A DNA stretch of 64,000 nt, taken from IMG/VR virus record IMGVR_UViG_3300028844_005117, positions 8,683 through 72,682 of that record, one strand, 5' to 3'. The DNA is from a virus. The notes beneath the pieces are model-generated. The model did no database searches. It was not told where the DNA came from and saw only the letters and a list, made by a program, of their open reading frames with translations. Position numbers and translations under genes: made by a program. Of the stretch, positions 48,151 to 58,165 are shown piece by piece. Numbering within the stretch: position 1 is the stretch's first letter; each line of letters opens with the position of its first letter.

Positions 48151-49379
48151 GCATCAACATTTTCAACTATCTCGACTTCTGGAAATGGTATAATGAATTT
48201 AACACCACCTTCAATCAGTTCCTTATTTCTTTCTATAATCTCATCAACAAAGTTGTGTGCCAATAAAAGATAATAGTCTGGTACATCATCAGCACTCTCA
48301 CGAACTATAGGTATGTGAGTGTTTGGTAGATAAAGCCCAATCTTAAGGTCATTAACCTCAACACACTTATCAATGAGTGTATTATCAATATTGAAGTAAT
48401 TTAAAAGCGTATTACCCTTTGCTGGTGCCCCGTATGCATATATCTTAGCATCTGGGTTCTCTTCTTTGATTTTAACTAACATGTCTCGCAAGTCATTTCG
48501 CTTATCCTCAACAGTCTTCGCAAAATCTAAGAACACATCCTTAGTGTATTTCATATCCAACTTTTTAAGGTCAGTATACCTTTGATATTTCTTAGTATAG
48601 ATAAATGGTGCCTTAGCATGTGATACCTTCGCAATAACGCTACCACTATGGATTTCACTATAGTAAGCATCGAATATTTCAAGACCATATGGTTCTAAAA
48701 GTTTCCCTAGACTCCTAAGTGTGTAATAACACAAGTGCTCATGGTAAATACCATCAAAGTTTAACTTTTCAACCATCGTACCAGCATACATAAATTGAAC
48801 AACAAATACACCGTCATCCATAAGAGCTTTCTTGATTCCTCTAATAACACTATGTAATTCCTCTAAATGAAAGAATACACCAGATGCATTGATTAATTTA
48901 ACCTTACCCTCAAGTTCATGTTTGGTGATTACTTCTTCATTGAAAAAATCGTTGATTGTTGAGATACCAGCATCCTTCGATAACTGTGCAATGTTGTCAG
49001 CTGATTCTACATTTAAAACATTATACATACCAGCCCTAGTATATTCTACTAATTGGGTTCCATCATTCCCACCAATATCTAAGATAAGGTCTTTAGGACC
49101 CAAATTAAATTGGTCTCGATTCTCAACTGCCAACTCAAAGAAGTGTTTCTTAAGAGTTTTGGTTGTTGACGATACGTACGTATGATTTTTAAACATTACT
49201 TCTTTAGGTACGGTGTAGTTTAATTGTAGTAATTCACAATTATTACAATGTACTAAGTGTAATGGGTATTTTTCTTCTTTTCCTAATCTATCTTCGGTTA
49301 GAAAATCATTACACCAAGGATGTTCTCCTAGGTCTAATATGCTACTATAATTTTCACTTTTACAAGATTTACATTTCAT
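48147..49379 (-). CDS. NDP-hexose C-methyltransferase
   Basis: N-terminal CxxC...CxxC, DIGGNDG, IYHEH, HSGS, YGAPAKGNTLLN. Confidence 0.9.
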   Translation of the reverse strand: MKCKSCKSENYSSILDLGEHPWCNDFLTEDRLGKEEKYPLHLVHCNNCELLQLNYTVPKEVMFKNHTYVSSTTKTLKKHFFELAVENRDQFNLGPKDLILDIGGNDGTQLVEYTRAGMYNVLNVESADNIAQLSKDAGISTINDFFNEEVITKHELEGKVKLINASGVFFHLEELHSVIRGIKKALMDDGVFVVQFMYAGTMVEKLNFDGIYHEHLCYYTLRSLGKLLEPYGLEIFDAYYSEIHSGSVIAKVSHAKAPFIYTKKYQRYTDLKKLDMKYTKDVFLDFAKTVEDKRNDLRDMLVKIKEENPDAKIYAYGAPAKGNTLLNYFNIDNTLIDKCVEVNDLKIGLYLPNTHIPIVRESADDVPDYYLLLAHNFVDEIIERNKELIEGGVKFIIPFPEVEIVENVDA

Positions 49380-49388
49380 GGTTTAAAG

Positions 49389-50327
49389 TTAACCATTTTT
49401 TATAATATTGTAAAGGTTTTGTGTTGAGTAATTTAAAGATTTTTTATAAGCTGATTCAATGATTGGTGTGTAGTCATCCCAATTGTTTAAGATATCTTTT
49501 ATTTTACCTTCTAACTCAGTATTAGAATCGAAATATATAAAGTCCTCACCAGCGGTGTAGTATTCCTCTACTAGGTTCCATGGGTCTCTTTGAATTAGAT
49601 TAAGTGTTCTAGACATTGCAGCTTCATTGAATCTAGATTTAAATTGAGGTGCTATCCCTAAATCATCAATGTGTTTAAAGGCTTCATTCTTAGACCAATC
49701 TTTTCGACTTTTAATATTATTAATATCTTTGGTACCTCTAATTGGGAATGTATTGTAACATATGGAAATCTTACACTCAGAAATCAAATTTAATTTTTCC
49801 TCGTTGGTTAGATTTAGATTTGTCGCATATTTACCTATTGTTTGTTTAGTTAATGGATTAATTCCAGTCGTCATCGACATGTATCTATAATTAAATTTAG
49901 ATAGGGTTTCAAGGCATTGTATATATGTTGGACCATGTATCCCACCGTGATAACATACATCATACTTTTTCTCGGTATTTTTAGGTATATCAATTTCATT
50001 AAATGGATAACAGATAGTTTTATATTTATGAACACCTTTAACCTCATTCAACCATCTATTAGTATATGGACAAATACCATAAATTTCATCAAATTTATTA
50101 TCTAAATCCATATTCTGTTTACTACAAAATTCAGTTGGCATTGTTACATTTAGATATACTTTTCTTTTGTAGTCTTTAATTTGATTAAAAGTATTATTAT
50201 TAATTAAATTATTATAACCATATAATAAAACATTTTCCCCATCATCCTCATCAGATAATTCATCCAATCTAAAGAAATGGGTATTAGTCCCGTTAATTTC
50301 AAGTGATAAATCCTTTAAGACTCTCAT
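49389..50327 (-). CDS. glycosyltransferase (GT-B, C-terminal Glyco_trans_1_2-like)
   Basis: KSRFNEAA...E.Y..GEDFIYF pattern. Confidence 0.7.
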   Translation of the reverse strand: MRVLKDLSLEINGTNTHFFRLDELSDEDDGENVLLYGYNNLINNNTFNQIKDYKRKVYLNVTMPTEFCSKQNMDLDNKFDEIYGICPYTNRWLNEVKGVHKYKTICYPFNEIDIPKNTEKKYDVCYHGGIHGPTYIQCLETLSKFNYRYMSMTTGINPLTKQTIGKYATNLNLTNEEKLNLISECKISICYNTFPIRGTKDINNIKSRKDWSKNEAFKHIDDLGIAPQFKSRFNEAAMSRTLNLIQRDPWNLVEEYYTAGEDFIYFDSNTELEGKIKDILNNWDDYTPIIESAYKKSLNYSTQNLYNIIKNG

Positions 50328-51061
50328 ATATACCCTCTTTTTTTTATGTCGATATTATATTCATCTAATAATGGTAGTAATTCTTTAGGGTATTCTGATT
50401 TATTCCATTTACCTTTAATTATTGCGGTTGCAATGTATGGAAATACATCAGTATCATAATGATACATCCCACGCTTTGCTTCACCACTATAGTATGATAA
50501 ACCAATCATATTTAATTCTCTACACAAATCATTTCCAGCCACTTCAAAATGACCGTGTTGTGCACCACCAGCCCCTATGTGTAAGTCTGGTCCAATCTCA
50601 TGTATTTTTTTAATACTATCAGTCCTCCAAATTGCTGCTGTTTGACTATAAAAATGGGGTTGTTTATGAGTTAGGAAGTATAATTCATTATTAAATTTAT
50701 CGTTGGTGAAGTTTGGTCCTCTAGCTAATCTAATAAATGAGAATTCTGGGTTCTCTTCCAGTATTGATAAATAATCATTTATCTTGTCAACATTAACATT
50801 ATCGTATAGTATATAATCTTCATTCAAATATAATATAAACTTCTCTGAAACTTCTTCAATACATTGTAAGTATTGTGTTCTGAACATATCATTACTATTA
50901 TATATAATAGGTGTGTATTTAGAATCTAAACCATCACTATTATCAGTGAATATATATAGTTTATTGTTTGGGTAATATTTTTCTAACTGAATTAGAAATA
51001 AATCTAAAACATCTCTAGACGATGAGTGTGTGTTAACAACAATTGCGTAATTAGTATTCAT
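50324..51061 (-). CDS. GT-A-like glycosyltransferase
   Basis: ILYLNEDY motif; AIIKGKW. Confidence 0.6.
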   Translation of the reverse strand: MNTNYAIVVNTHSSSRDVLDLFLIQLEKYYPNNKLYIFTDNSDGLDSKYTPIIYNSNDMFRTQYLQCIEEVSEKFILYLNEDYILYDNVNVDKINDYLSILEENPEFSFIRLARGPNFTNDKFNNELYFLTHKQPHFYSQTAAIWRTDSIKKIHEIGPDLHIGAGGAQHGHFEVAGNDLCRELNMIGLSYYSGEAKRGMYHYDTDVFPYIATAIIKGKWNKSEYPKELLPLLDEYNIDIKKRGYI

Positions 51062-51617
51062 AATTAAAGTATTCTATATCTTCTTTGAAGATGTTTCTAA
51101 CCAATTCAATGGTCTCCTTATCGTAATATTCTTTATAATCCCCTCTATCACTCTTTTTATGGTGTGGTATATTATTAATCTGTATTCCGACTTTATTACC
51201 AATTGTTTTAACCTCAGTGTTATAATCCTCAAATCTAGCAATATAGTCAACTAATAATTCTCCATTATCGTCAGTAATCCAAGATTTCTGTGATTTAATT
51301 AATATATCATACCATTGATTATCCCTATTACAAAAACCAACCACGAATTCTTTAAATGAATTTGGAATCGTTTTCTTAAGGTGTTGATTCTCTGATTCTG
51401 AACCAAATTTATAATAATGATAAATCGAAACCAACCTATCCCATGGATTTCTAACAAAGGTAAACTTTAAATAATCATCCCAAACGTCTGAATAACTTTC
51501 CTTGGCAACAACTCCATTTAAATGTTGAACTCCCTTCATCCCTAATACGGTTTCAATTGAACTACCACCAGTCTTAGGTATGTGAATTATTATTGTTTTT
51601 AGTTTATGAGAAATCAT
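51051..51617 (-). CDS. sulfotransferase family 2 protein
   Basis: HIPKTGGSS (5'-PSB), FVRNPWDRLVS.Y (3'-PB), DIEYFNY. Confidence 0.9.
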   Translation of the reverse strand: MISHKLKTIIIHIPKTGGSSIETVLGMKGVQHLNGVVAKESYSDVWDDYLKFTFVRNPWDRLVSIYHYYKFGSESENQHLKKTIPNSFKEFVVGFCNRDNQWYDILIKSQKSWITDDNGELLVDYIARFEDYNTEVKTIGNKVGIQINNIPHHKKSDRGDYKEYYDKETIELVRNIFKEDIEYFNYEY

Positions 51618-52264
51618 ATTTTATCATATTTTTTAAATACAGTAAACTCAGTTAAGTCTCTATAACCGTTATCTTCACCTAAATCTGGAACATGCTCTGG
51701 ATAGTTCTGCATTAGGGATAGACCGTGAGCAGCTTCTTGTGGTGTCATGTACATATTCCACCCAAGCATTTTAATATCATCTTCATGGTATAATTTCTCA
51801 CTTCTACCTTCATATCTAGCAGTCTTAAACCACTCAACAGCATCAGCATCATTAGTTAAGATTACCCCACCCTTCCCAATCTTGAGGTGTTTCTTGATAT
51901 GAAATGATAAACACATGAAAGTGTCTTTAATATACATGTCACTAGTGAAGCGTTTAGCCGCATCATAAATTGGATACGGAGCTAATTGATAAATCCCCCT
52001 CCAATTATTGGTTTTGAATGATGTATCAAATACTAAATTATGTCCAGAGTGAATCACCGATTGTGGAACCGATAAATATGTCTTACTAGGTATGATAACA
52101 TCTTTGTTATTACCTAAGTGTTTTTGATACATTAAACACAAGAATAATGCATTGGTACAGCTATCAACAGATACTGCATATTTAGCTCCTGTGTATTCAG
52201 CAACTGATTCTTCAAACATCTTTACGATATTATAAGGGTTGTGTTTCTTTCTATCAAATCCCAT
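51614..52264 (-). CDS. DegT/DnrJ/EryC1/StrS sugar aminotransferase (short form)
   Basis: FE..VAEYTGAKYAVSVDSCTNAL, DAA, SFHIKKHL..GKGG. Confidence 0.85.
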   Translation of the reverse strand: MGFDRKKHNPYNIVKMFEESVAEYTGAKYAVSVDSCTNALFLCLMYQKHLGNNKDVIIPSKTYLSVPQSVIHSGHNLVFDTSFKTNNWRGIYQLAPYPIYDAAKRFTSDMYIKDTFMCLSFHIKKHLKIGKGGVILTNDADAVEWFKTARYEGRSEKLYHEDDIKMLGWNMYMTPQEAAHGLSLMQNYPEHVPDLGEDNGYRDLTEFTVFKKYDKI

Positions 52265-53057
52265 GTGGTGTAAATTTAGCTTTTGTTGGAAGTAAGAATT
52301 TCATAAATTCCACCTCATCTTTAGTTCTTTTTTTGGTATATGTTCTAGTGTCTACATCAAAGTAAGATAATTCATCATCTAGATTAAATTTGTCAACACT
52401 ATCAACAATTTTAATGGTTGAGTGTGCATCGAAGTCAAATAAGTGTTCAACCATCTTATCCATTTTCTCATCTATTGTTACATGATTGAACTGAGGTCCT
52501 ACTTTATCAGTTATATCCTTTGCTGGTGTCCCAGCATATACATGATTATATTCCATATCTTTAGTTATAACAGAACCAACCAATGCCATTGCTTTATCAG
52601 CAATAGTAACTGGTGAAACAATGCAGTGCCCAACCAACCAAACATCGTTGCCGATATTTAATTCATCATTGGACATGAATCGATTACCTTCAAGCATATC
52701 ACCATAAAGGATGTGTGACCATAATTGAGAATTAGCTCCAATACCAACATTATTACCTATTGTTGTACCACCAATACAATCCATTATTGTAAATTGACCA
52801 ACCCAGCAGTTATGACCCATCTTAAATGGTTTGTAACCGTGTATATTACAATGATGGTGTATCTTACTATAATCACCTATTTCTACATCATCACAGATGA
52901 TTTCAACGTTATGACCAATGTAAACATTATCCCCAAGAACTACTCTCTTAGCAGCACCATCAATACCCCTAATCTTCGCTGATGGGTCAATAAATGTACC
53001 CTCACCAATAATTAATTCCTCAACATGAATGTTTCCATTATTCATTACCATATACAA
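52254..53057 (-). CDS. hexapeptide-repeat (LbH) sugar acyltransferase
   Basis: IGxxxx repeats, GSVITKD, AGTPAK. Confidence 0.88.
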   Translation of the reverse strand: MYMVMNNGNIHVEELIIGEGTFIDPSAKIRGIDGAAKRVVLGDNVYIGHNVEIICDDVEIGDYSKIHHHCNIHGYKPFKMGHNCWVGQFTIMDCIGGTTIGNNVGIGANSQLWSHILYGDMLEGNRFMSNDELNIGNDVWLVGHCIVSPVTIADKAMALVGSVITKDMEYNHVYAGTPAKDITDKVGPQFNHVTIDEKMDKMVEHLFDFDAHSTIKIVDSVDKFNLDDELSYFDVDTRTYTKKRTKDEVEFMKFLLPTKAKFTPHGI

Positions 53058-53836
53058 TTCTTATTTAAGTAATTTCTACCTTGTTTTAACCAATATTCAG
53101 ATAGGTAAGCTCTACTACCTTTCCAACCTTCCATCTTCATTAATGGATTTAATGTACTTCCAATGTCTATATATGTGTTTGTATCGTTCGCCTCATATAG
53201 TTGGTGAATGATGACGTTACTAAGACTACCACAAGATACTAGAAATACATGATTCTCAATACCTTCCTTTTCAATATAATCCTTTAATACATCCACTAAA
53301 AAGTAATCGTTTATAAAACAATTGGACCCGACTCTAAAACTCTTCTTAACGTCGAATGGTAATTCATTTAATTTTGCAATTTCATTAACAACCATTATAA
53401 TTTCTTTATCCTTGAATAACGGTACAATTTCATCCATGAATTTCTCATAGTTACCATTATTCCATAGATTTGCCCATGTAAGACTTTCATCCGTATTATC
53501 AGTACCATGCAAATCTAACTGCCAATTAAAATCTGTATCACCAACACAGCATCTACAGCTAATACCCTTGTAGTAATTATCCTTTTTAAATTGTAGGGAA
53601 TCTATTAATTTTTGTCTGTTGAATTGGTGTTCCTCTGGGATGAATTTTTTTTGTTCTTCTTTATTATACCATCCACTACGTTGGACACCATCTAATGACC
53701 AAAAGTTTTCAGCTAATTCAACTGGTCTGTTTTGTAATGTATGTAATTCACCATCAGAAAATCTAGCAAAGGCAAAATTCTCACCCTTAACTAATTTATC
53801 TTTTAATTTATTAAAATCCTCTTTAAAATCTTTCAT
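53045..53836 (-). CDS. GT-D fold (DUF1792-like) glycosyltransferase
   Basis: FARFSDGE and YIDIGS motifs. Confidence 0.7.
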   Translation of the reverse strand: MKDFKEDFNKLKDKLVKGENFAFARFSDGELHTLQNRPVELAENFWSLDGVQRSGWYNKEEQKKFIPEEHQFNRQKLIDSLQFKKDNYYKGISCRCCVGDTDFNWQLDLHGTDNTDESLTWANLWNNGNYEKFMDEIVPLFKDKEIIMVVNEIAKLNELPFDVKKSFRVGSNCFINDYFLVDVLKDYIEKEGIENHVFLVSCGSLSNVIIHQLYEANDTNTYIDIGSTLNPLMKMEGWKGSRAYLSEYWLKQGRNYLNKNCIW

Positions 53837-54552
53837 TACTTTGCATTTATTATCTTAAATCCATTTCCAATTAAATGTTTATAATATTTATTCATCAACT
53901 CAATATTAGCTGGAATCAATGATAAACCATTTTTCTCAGTTCCCATTTCCCAACCCTTAAGGCTACTCCACATCTCCTTTGCATGTTCTGGGTGTGGTGG
54001 GACATATGTGTTAATACCTAAGTATTTTTGAAGCATATAAGAAAAATGCATATCTTCCCCAACAACATTAAAACCTTCTGGTGGTAATTCTCTAAACATA
54101 GTTGAGAGCCATTCTCGTTTGAAAAACCAAGCGTGTCCAACTATATCAACTTGGACTGGTTTGTTGTTGGGGTTAGCCCATCCAAATCTAGTGTTTGGTA
54201 AATAACCATTTTCAGAGTTATAAACTAACCCAATACCACCTAATAAACCTTCATGACTTTTCATCGTATTGAGGCAGTTTTCAAACCACATAGGACCTGG
54301 TATTGTATCATCATCAAATACACAAATATACTCAGTTTTAGCATTTAAAGCATATGCGAATCTAGCCCATACACCAAAGTTTTTATTTGATGAAGCTGTA
54401 GTCAATTTCGATGTTAATTCTGGGTCAAATCCCTCAGAACTATTTTGCCAAAGCATTATCTCAGCTGGCTCCACCGTTTGATTTTGAATCGCCTCTACTT
54501 GTTCTTTAAGAAATTGTGGTCTTTTATAACCATTTAAAATTGCTGTAATCAT
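53836..54552 (-). CDS. GT-A glycosyltransferase
   Basis: YKRP, VFDDD, GEDMHFS. Confidence 0.8.
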   Translation of the reverse strand: MITAILNGYKRPQFLKEQVEAIQNQTVEPAEIMLWQNSSEGFDPELTSKLTTASSNKNFGVWARFAYALNAKTEYICVFDDDTIPGPMWFENCLNTMKSHEGLLGGIGLVYNSENGYLPNTRFGWANPNNKPVQVDIVGHAWFFKREWLSTMFRELPPEGFNVVGEDMHFSYMLQKYLGINTYVPPHPEHAKEMWSSLKGWEMGTEKNGLSLIPANIELMNKYYKHLIGNGFKIINAK

Positions 54553-56192
54553 TGTACGATTTCTTTATACTCTTCTATTATTTCTTGAGCAACATTATCT
54601 GCTCTAAATTTATCAATATCATCTGGTACTTGATGTAATTCCTTACCTTTGATGTGTCCAGAAGAATCTACATCATAAATCCACCCAGCTTTACCACATA
54701 ACCAACCTTCGATAGTTGTTCTACCTAATAGAATTCCAGCAGTTTCATCACACTTCTGTACAAATTTTTCTACAGACCCACTTGGTCCATGATAAGTAAC
54801 ATGGTCATTATCACCAATTAAATCAGAAGCTAACACACCATTTTCCTTCCCAACAATCCAAAGTTCTTTTCCGTCAGCCTTAGTTGTTGATATTAAATCT
54901 CTAAGAGTTTCTTCACGTAAGTAATCTAAGGTTCCAACAAATAAAACAATTGGTTTCTCATTCTTACTTTCAACAACTTTAAAACGCTTATAGTCAATTG
55001 GGTTGTAAACCACATCAATCATATCCTCAGCAATCTCGAAGCGTTCCATTAAAAAGTCTTTAATTTCTGGTCTAATTGCTATGTATTTTTTAATTTGCGG
55101 GTTAATAATTGGATGTTCAAGGTCAATAACCTCAGAATGTATTGAACAAATAGTATCTGTGTCTGGGTATAACTTTAATAAATGTTCAGTAATTGGTTTA
55201 TGATTTAAATGTAATACATCAAATTGAACATCTTGAATCTTGTATAGGTGATTCTTTACTGATTTAACTTGACCGTTAGGTGTGTTAAGTACCCATTCAC
55301 CATCACCTAATTTGTAGCCTGGTGGTTCTTGAATATTAAATAACTTAATCCCATGTGCATGTGCCTTTCTAGCTATTGGGTCTCCAAGTGTTGAACACAC
55401 AGAAACGTCACACCCTTGGCTAACTAATTCCTTAGCTAATTCATAAACATATAATTCAGAACCAGTATAATTAGCAAAATTAAGACACCCAATAAGTACC
55501 TTTATCTTTTCGTTTTTTCTAAATTCTCTTTTGATGTTGATTGGTAATACCTTAGCGAATCTTTCAGCAAATCTCTTTCTATTAACTTCCCACTCATCAT
55601 TAGTTTCACCAATTGATTGGTGATTAACTTTAAGAAAAGTATGAACACCAACCTTTACACCATCTAGATAGTTTCTAAATGTAAAGTCAATATCATAGAA
55701 GTGAAATCCTTCAACTGATTCATCAAAACCATGTTTAATTCTCCCCTTATGACACGAAAAGAATACACCATCAACAACGATAACTTCTTCTATGTCAGTA
55801 CCAATGTCAGCACTGTAGGAGTTCAACCAACTTTTACCTTCACTAGTATGCTTAACTCTACCGTACATTTTCTTACGCTTCTCCCACCACATACCAGTCT
55901 CTGCCATGTACTTGGTTCCAGCAACACCAAGAATACCAAACTCTGGATTCTTATCATACATCTTAACCAATTTCTTACCCCACTGTTTAGTTTCAACAGT
56001 AAGGTCATCATGACAAAATACTACAATATCGTATTTGGCTTGTTCTAAGCCACGATTGTAACATTTAGTTAGTGATTCACCATTATTAATAATTTCAATC
56101 ACCTCGACGTGCTTATGTAGTCCAGAGGACTTTATAAGGTGTTCCTTATGTGCTGGATTTGTTTCTCGTGTACAATATACAATACTTACCAT
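54549..56192 (-). CDS. bifunctional glycosyltransferase (GT-A plus GT-B)
   Basis: VFCHDD and FHFYDID in the N-half; TGSELY and GRTTIEG in the C-half. Confidence 0.85.
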   Translation of the reverse strand: MVSIVYCTRETNPAHKEHLIKSSGLHKHVEVIEIINNGESLTKCYNRGLEQAKYDIVVFCHDDLTVETKQWGKKLVKMYDKNPEFGILGVAGTKYMAETGMWWEKRKKMYGRVKHTSEGKSWLNSYSADIGTDIEEVIVVDGVFFSCHKGRIKHGFDESVEGFHFYDIDFTFRNYLDGVKVGVHTFLKVNHQSIGETNDEWEVNRKRFAERFAKVLPINIKREFRKNEKIKVLIGCLNFANYTGSELYVYELAKELVSQGCDVSVCSTLGDPIARKAHAHGIKLFNIQEPPGYKLGDGEWVLNTPNGQVKSVKNHLYKIQDVQFDVLHLNHKPITEHLLKLYPDTDTICSIHSEVIDLEHPIINPQIKKYIAIRPEIKDFLMERFEIAEDMIDVVYNPIDYKRFKVVESKNEKPIVLFVGTLDYLREETLRDLISTTKADGKELWIVGKENGVLASDLIGDNDHVTYHGPSGSVEKFVQKCDETAGILLGRTTIEGWLCGKAGWIYDVDSSGHIKGKELHQVPDDIDKFRADNVAQEIIEEYKEIVQ

Positions 56193-56203
56193 TTTTAATT
56201 TTA

Positions 56204-56776
56204 CTATTTTATACCTGTTGAGCCGAACCCACCAGAACCTCTATCAGTTTCTTTATTGATGGACTTAACTTTATTTAAGTTAATTATATTTTTAGCCGTA
56301 ACTGTTGCTATAACCGCTTGTGCTATCCTATCACCATTGGTTATAGGAAATACTGAACTACCATGATTAATTAGAATAACCTTGATTTCACCAGTATAAT
56401 CTGAGTCAATTGTGCCTGGAGAATTCAATACTGTAATCCCATACTTTGCAGCCATACCACTTCTTGGTCTAATCTGAATTTCAAAGTTTTCTGGTAGGTC
56501 AAAATAAAGACCTGTTGGGATAACTCTGAATTCATTTGGCTGTATGTTTGAGTTTTCACTTGCTCTAAGGTCAAACCCAGCAGACCCAGAAGTTTCCCAA
56601 TCTGGGTCTTGGTTCGTTGATTCATTTACAAATGAAATATCAATCTTAGGATTTTCAAATTGGAGTATACTATCATCGTTATACTCGTTCATGAAGTCAT
56701 CGTACGAATACTCCTTAGTTGGGTCCATTGCCTCAGCTAACTTAGCTTGTGCTTCTTCTGTTGTGAATTGACCCAT
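56204..56776 (-). CDS. dut: trimeric dUTPase
   Basis: AGFDL, RSG, GTIDSDYTGE, RIAQ, RGSGGFGSTG. Confidence 0.97.
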   Translation of the reverse strand: MGQFTTEEAQAKLAEAMDPTKEYSYDDFMNEYNDDSILQFENPKIDISFVNESTNQDPDWETSGSAGFDLRASENSNIQPNEFRVIPTGLYFDLPENFEIQIRPRSGMAAKYGITVLNSPGTIDSDYTGEIKVILINHGSSVFPITNGDRIAQAVIATVTAKNIINLNKVKSINKETDRGSGGFGSTGIK

Positions 56777-57342
56777 TAAGCGTTCGCCTTTTCTTCTAGA
56801 ATAGCTAACTCATTTGCTTGTCTAAGAATGACAGCAAGTGATGTAGAATGCCACTTAGCTTGTTTATCTGAATCATCTTTATCATGGTTGACTATTGCTT
56901 GGTACTCATCTTCTGATAGAGAAACACCATTATCCATAGCTATGTGTGCTGACCTTTCACCTACATGCATAGATACTAATGAATCATTAAATTCATACAT
57001 TATACCTCTATCATTATGCCATTTAGATTTTAATGGCTTGTAGAGTCTTACTTTACCAATTTGGTGAAGTAGACAAACTTTGATTAATGAAACAGTATCC
57101 ACCTTAAGTGAGTCTGCTAATATTGCATTTAGTGATACAGCGTACTTAGTAACTAAAAGTGAGTGGGCAATAAGACCACCATTAAAAGCGTTATGTAAGT
57201 TAGTTGCTGTAGATGCTGGTGCTGTAATGAAATCTTGACCTAAGTATTCCATTAACTCATCAGTCATGAATTCATACTTTTCACCCGTTTTAAAGTATTT
57301 TTCTGTGTTTTTTAAAACTTTTTCTTCTGTTAACATATTCAT
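56776..57342 (-). CDS. HD-domain (YhaM-like) protein with HD changed to HQ
   Basis: APAS...H.AF.GGLIAHSL, LLHQIGK, I.NHD. Confidence 0.7.
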   Translation of the reverse strand: MNMLTEEKVLKNTEKYFKTGEKYEFMTDELMEYLGQDFITAPASTATNLHNAFNGGLIAHSLLVTKYAVSLNAILADSLKVDTVSLIKVCLLHQIGKVRLYKPLKSKWHNDRGIMYEFNDSLVSMHVGERSAHIAMDNGVSLSEDEYQAIVNHDKDDSDKQAKWHSTSLAVILRQANELAILEEKANA

Positions 57343-57346
57343 AGAT

Positions 57347-58108
57347 TTATTTTTTATTTGTTTTTCTTTTTTTAGTACTTACTTTATCAGTTGGTCTTTT
57401 AGCTGGTCTCTTTCTAGTTGATTTCTTTTTTGGTTCTTCTTTCACCAATACTTCTGCTTGATTACCAGACGTAAGGTTAGGTGCATCCATCATTGCATCT
57501 TTAATAGATTGAGGTAAAGAATTAGTGTTTTGTGATTCTTTAGATATTTTTTCTAAATGTTCTTGGAAAGTTCTTGAGATTGGTTCAGCGTTATCATCTT
57601 TACTAAGTGGAATATTGTTTCTTAATTCCGTCGGTATTTTTACTGGTTTTATTTCTCCACCATCTAATACCATACCTACTCGCTCACCAGTTTCTTCCAA
57701 GTATTCTTTAACTTCATTATTCATACTTTCTGTAGCGTTTTTACGTGCTTCCTCTTTAAGTTTTTTAATTTCGTCAATGAGTGGTCCTGTTGCCTTCTTT
57801 ACAGTTCTAGTTTTTAGTACCTCTTGTCCATTCATCTTGTCTAAGTCATCCATCTTCTTGATAAGCTCAACTGAATGCTTTGCAATATTCTCAAGTGGAT
57901 TCTTATATTCAATCATTGGATTTAAAACTGGGTGTGGTGGCATTGAAGGGTTTGCTAACCTGTATACCGATTCCAATCCTTTATCTTCTGTTTGGTCAGT
58001 TTTTATTTCTTTTACTAATACTTCTTCATTAGTTTTTGTACTTGTGTTTACATCTAACAATTCCATAAGGAATCCGAATAGATTTAAAAGTTCTTTATTT
58101 TTCGACAT
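57347..58108 (-). CDS. hypothetical protein with basic C-terminal tail
   Basis: 253 aa; TTG-N20-TATATTTG promoter at 58173-58143. Confidence 0.75.
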   Translation of the reverse strand: MSKNKELLNLFGFLMELLDVNTSTKTNEEVLVKEIKTDQTEDKGLESVYRLANPSMPPHPVLNPMIEYKNPLENIAKHSVELIKKMDDLDKMNGQEVLKTRTVKKATGPLIDEIKKLKEEARKNATESMNNEVKEYLEETGERVGMVLDGGEIKPVKIPTELRNNIPLSKDDNAEPISRTFQEHLEKISKESQNTNSLPQSIKDAMMDAPNLTSGNQAEVLVKEEPKKKSTRKRPAKRPTDKVSTKKRKTNKK

Positions 58109-58165
58109 TTATTAATTTTTTTATCTCGTCTTAGTTTATTTACAAATATACTATTAATTAAGTTA

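Noticed and set aside
51614-52264. DegT aminotransferase as a truncated pseudogene
   Set aside because: It is short but keeps the PLP motifs, has no internal break and is coupled to both neighbours, so it is treated as a compact form.
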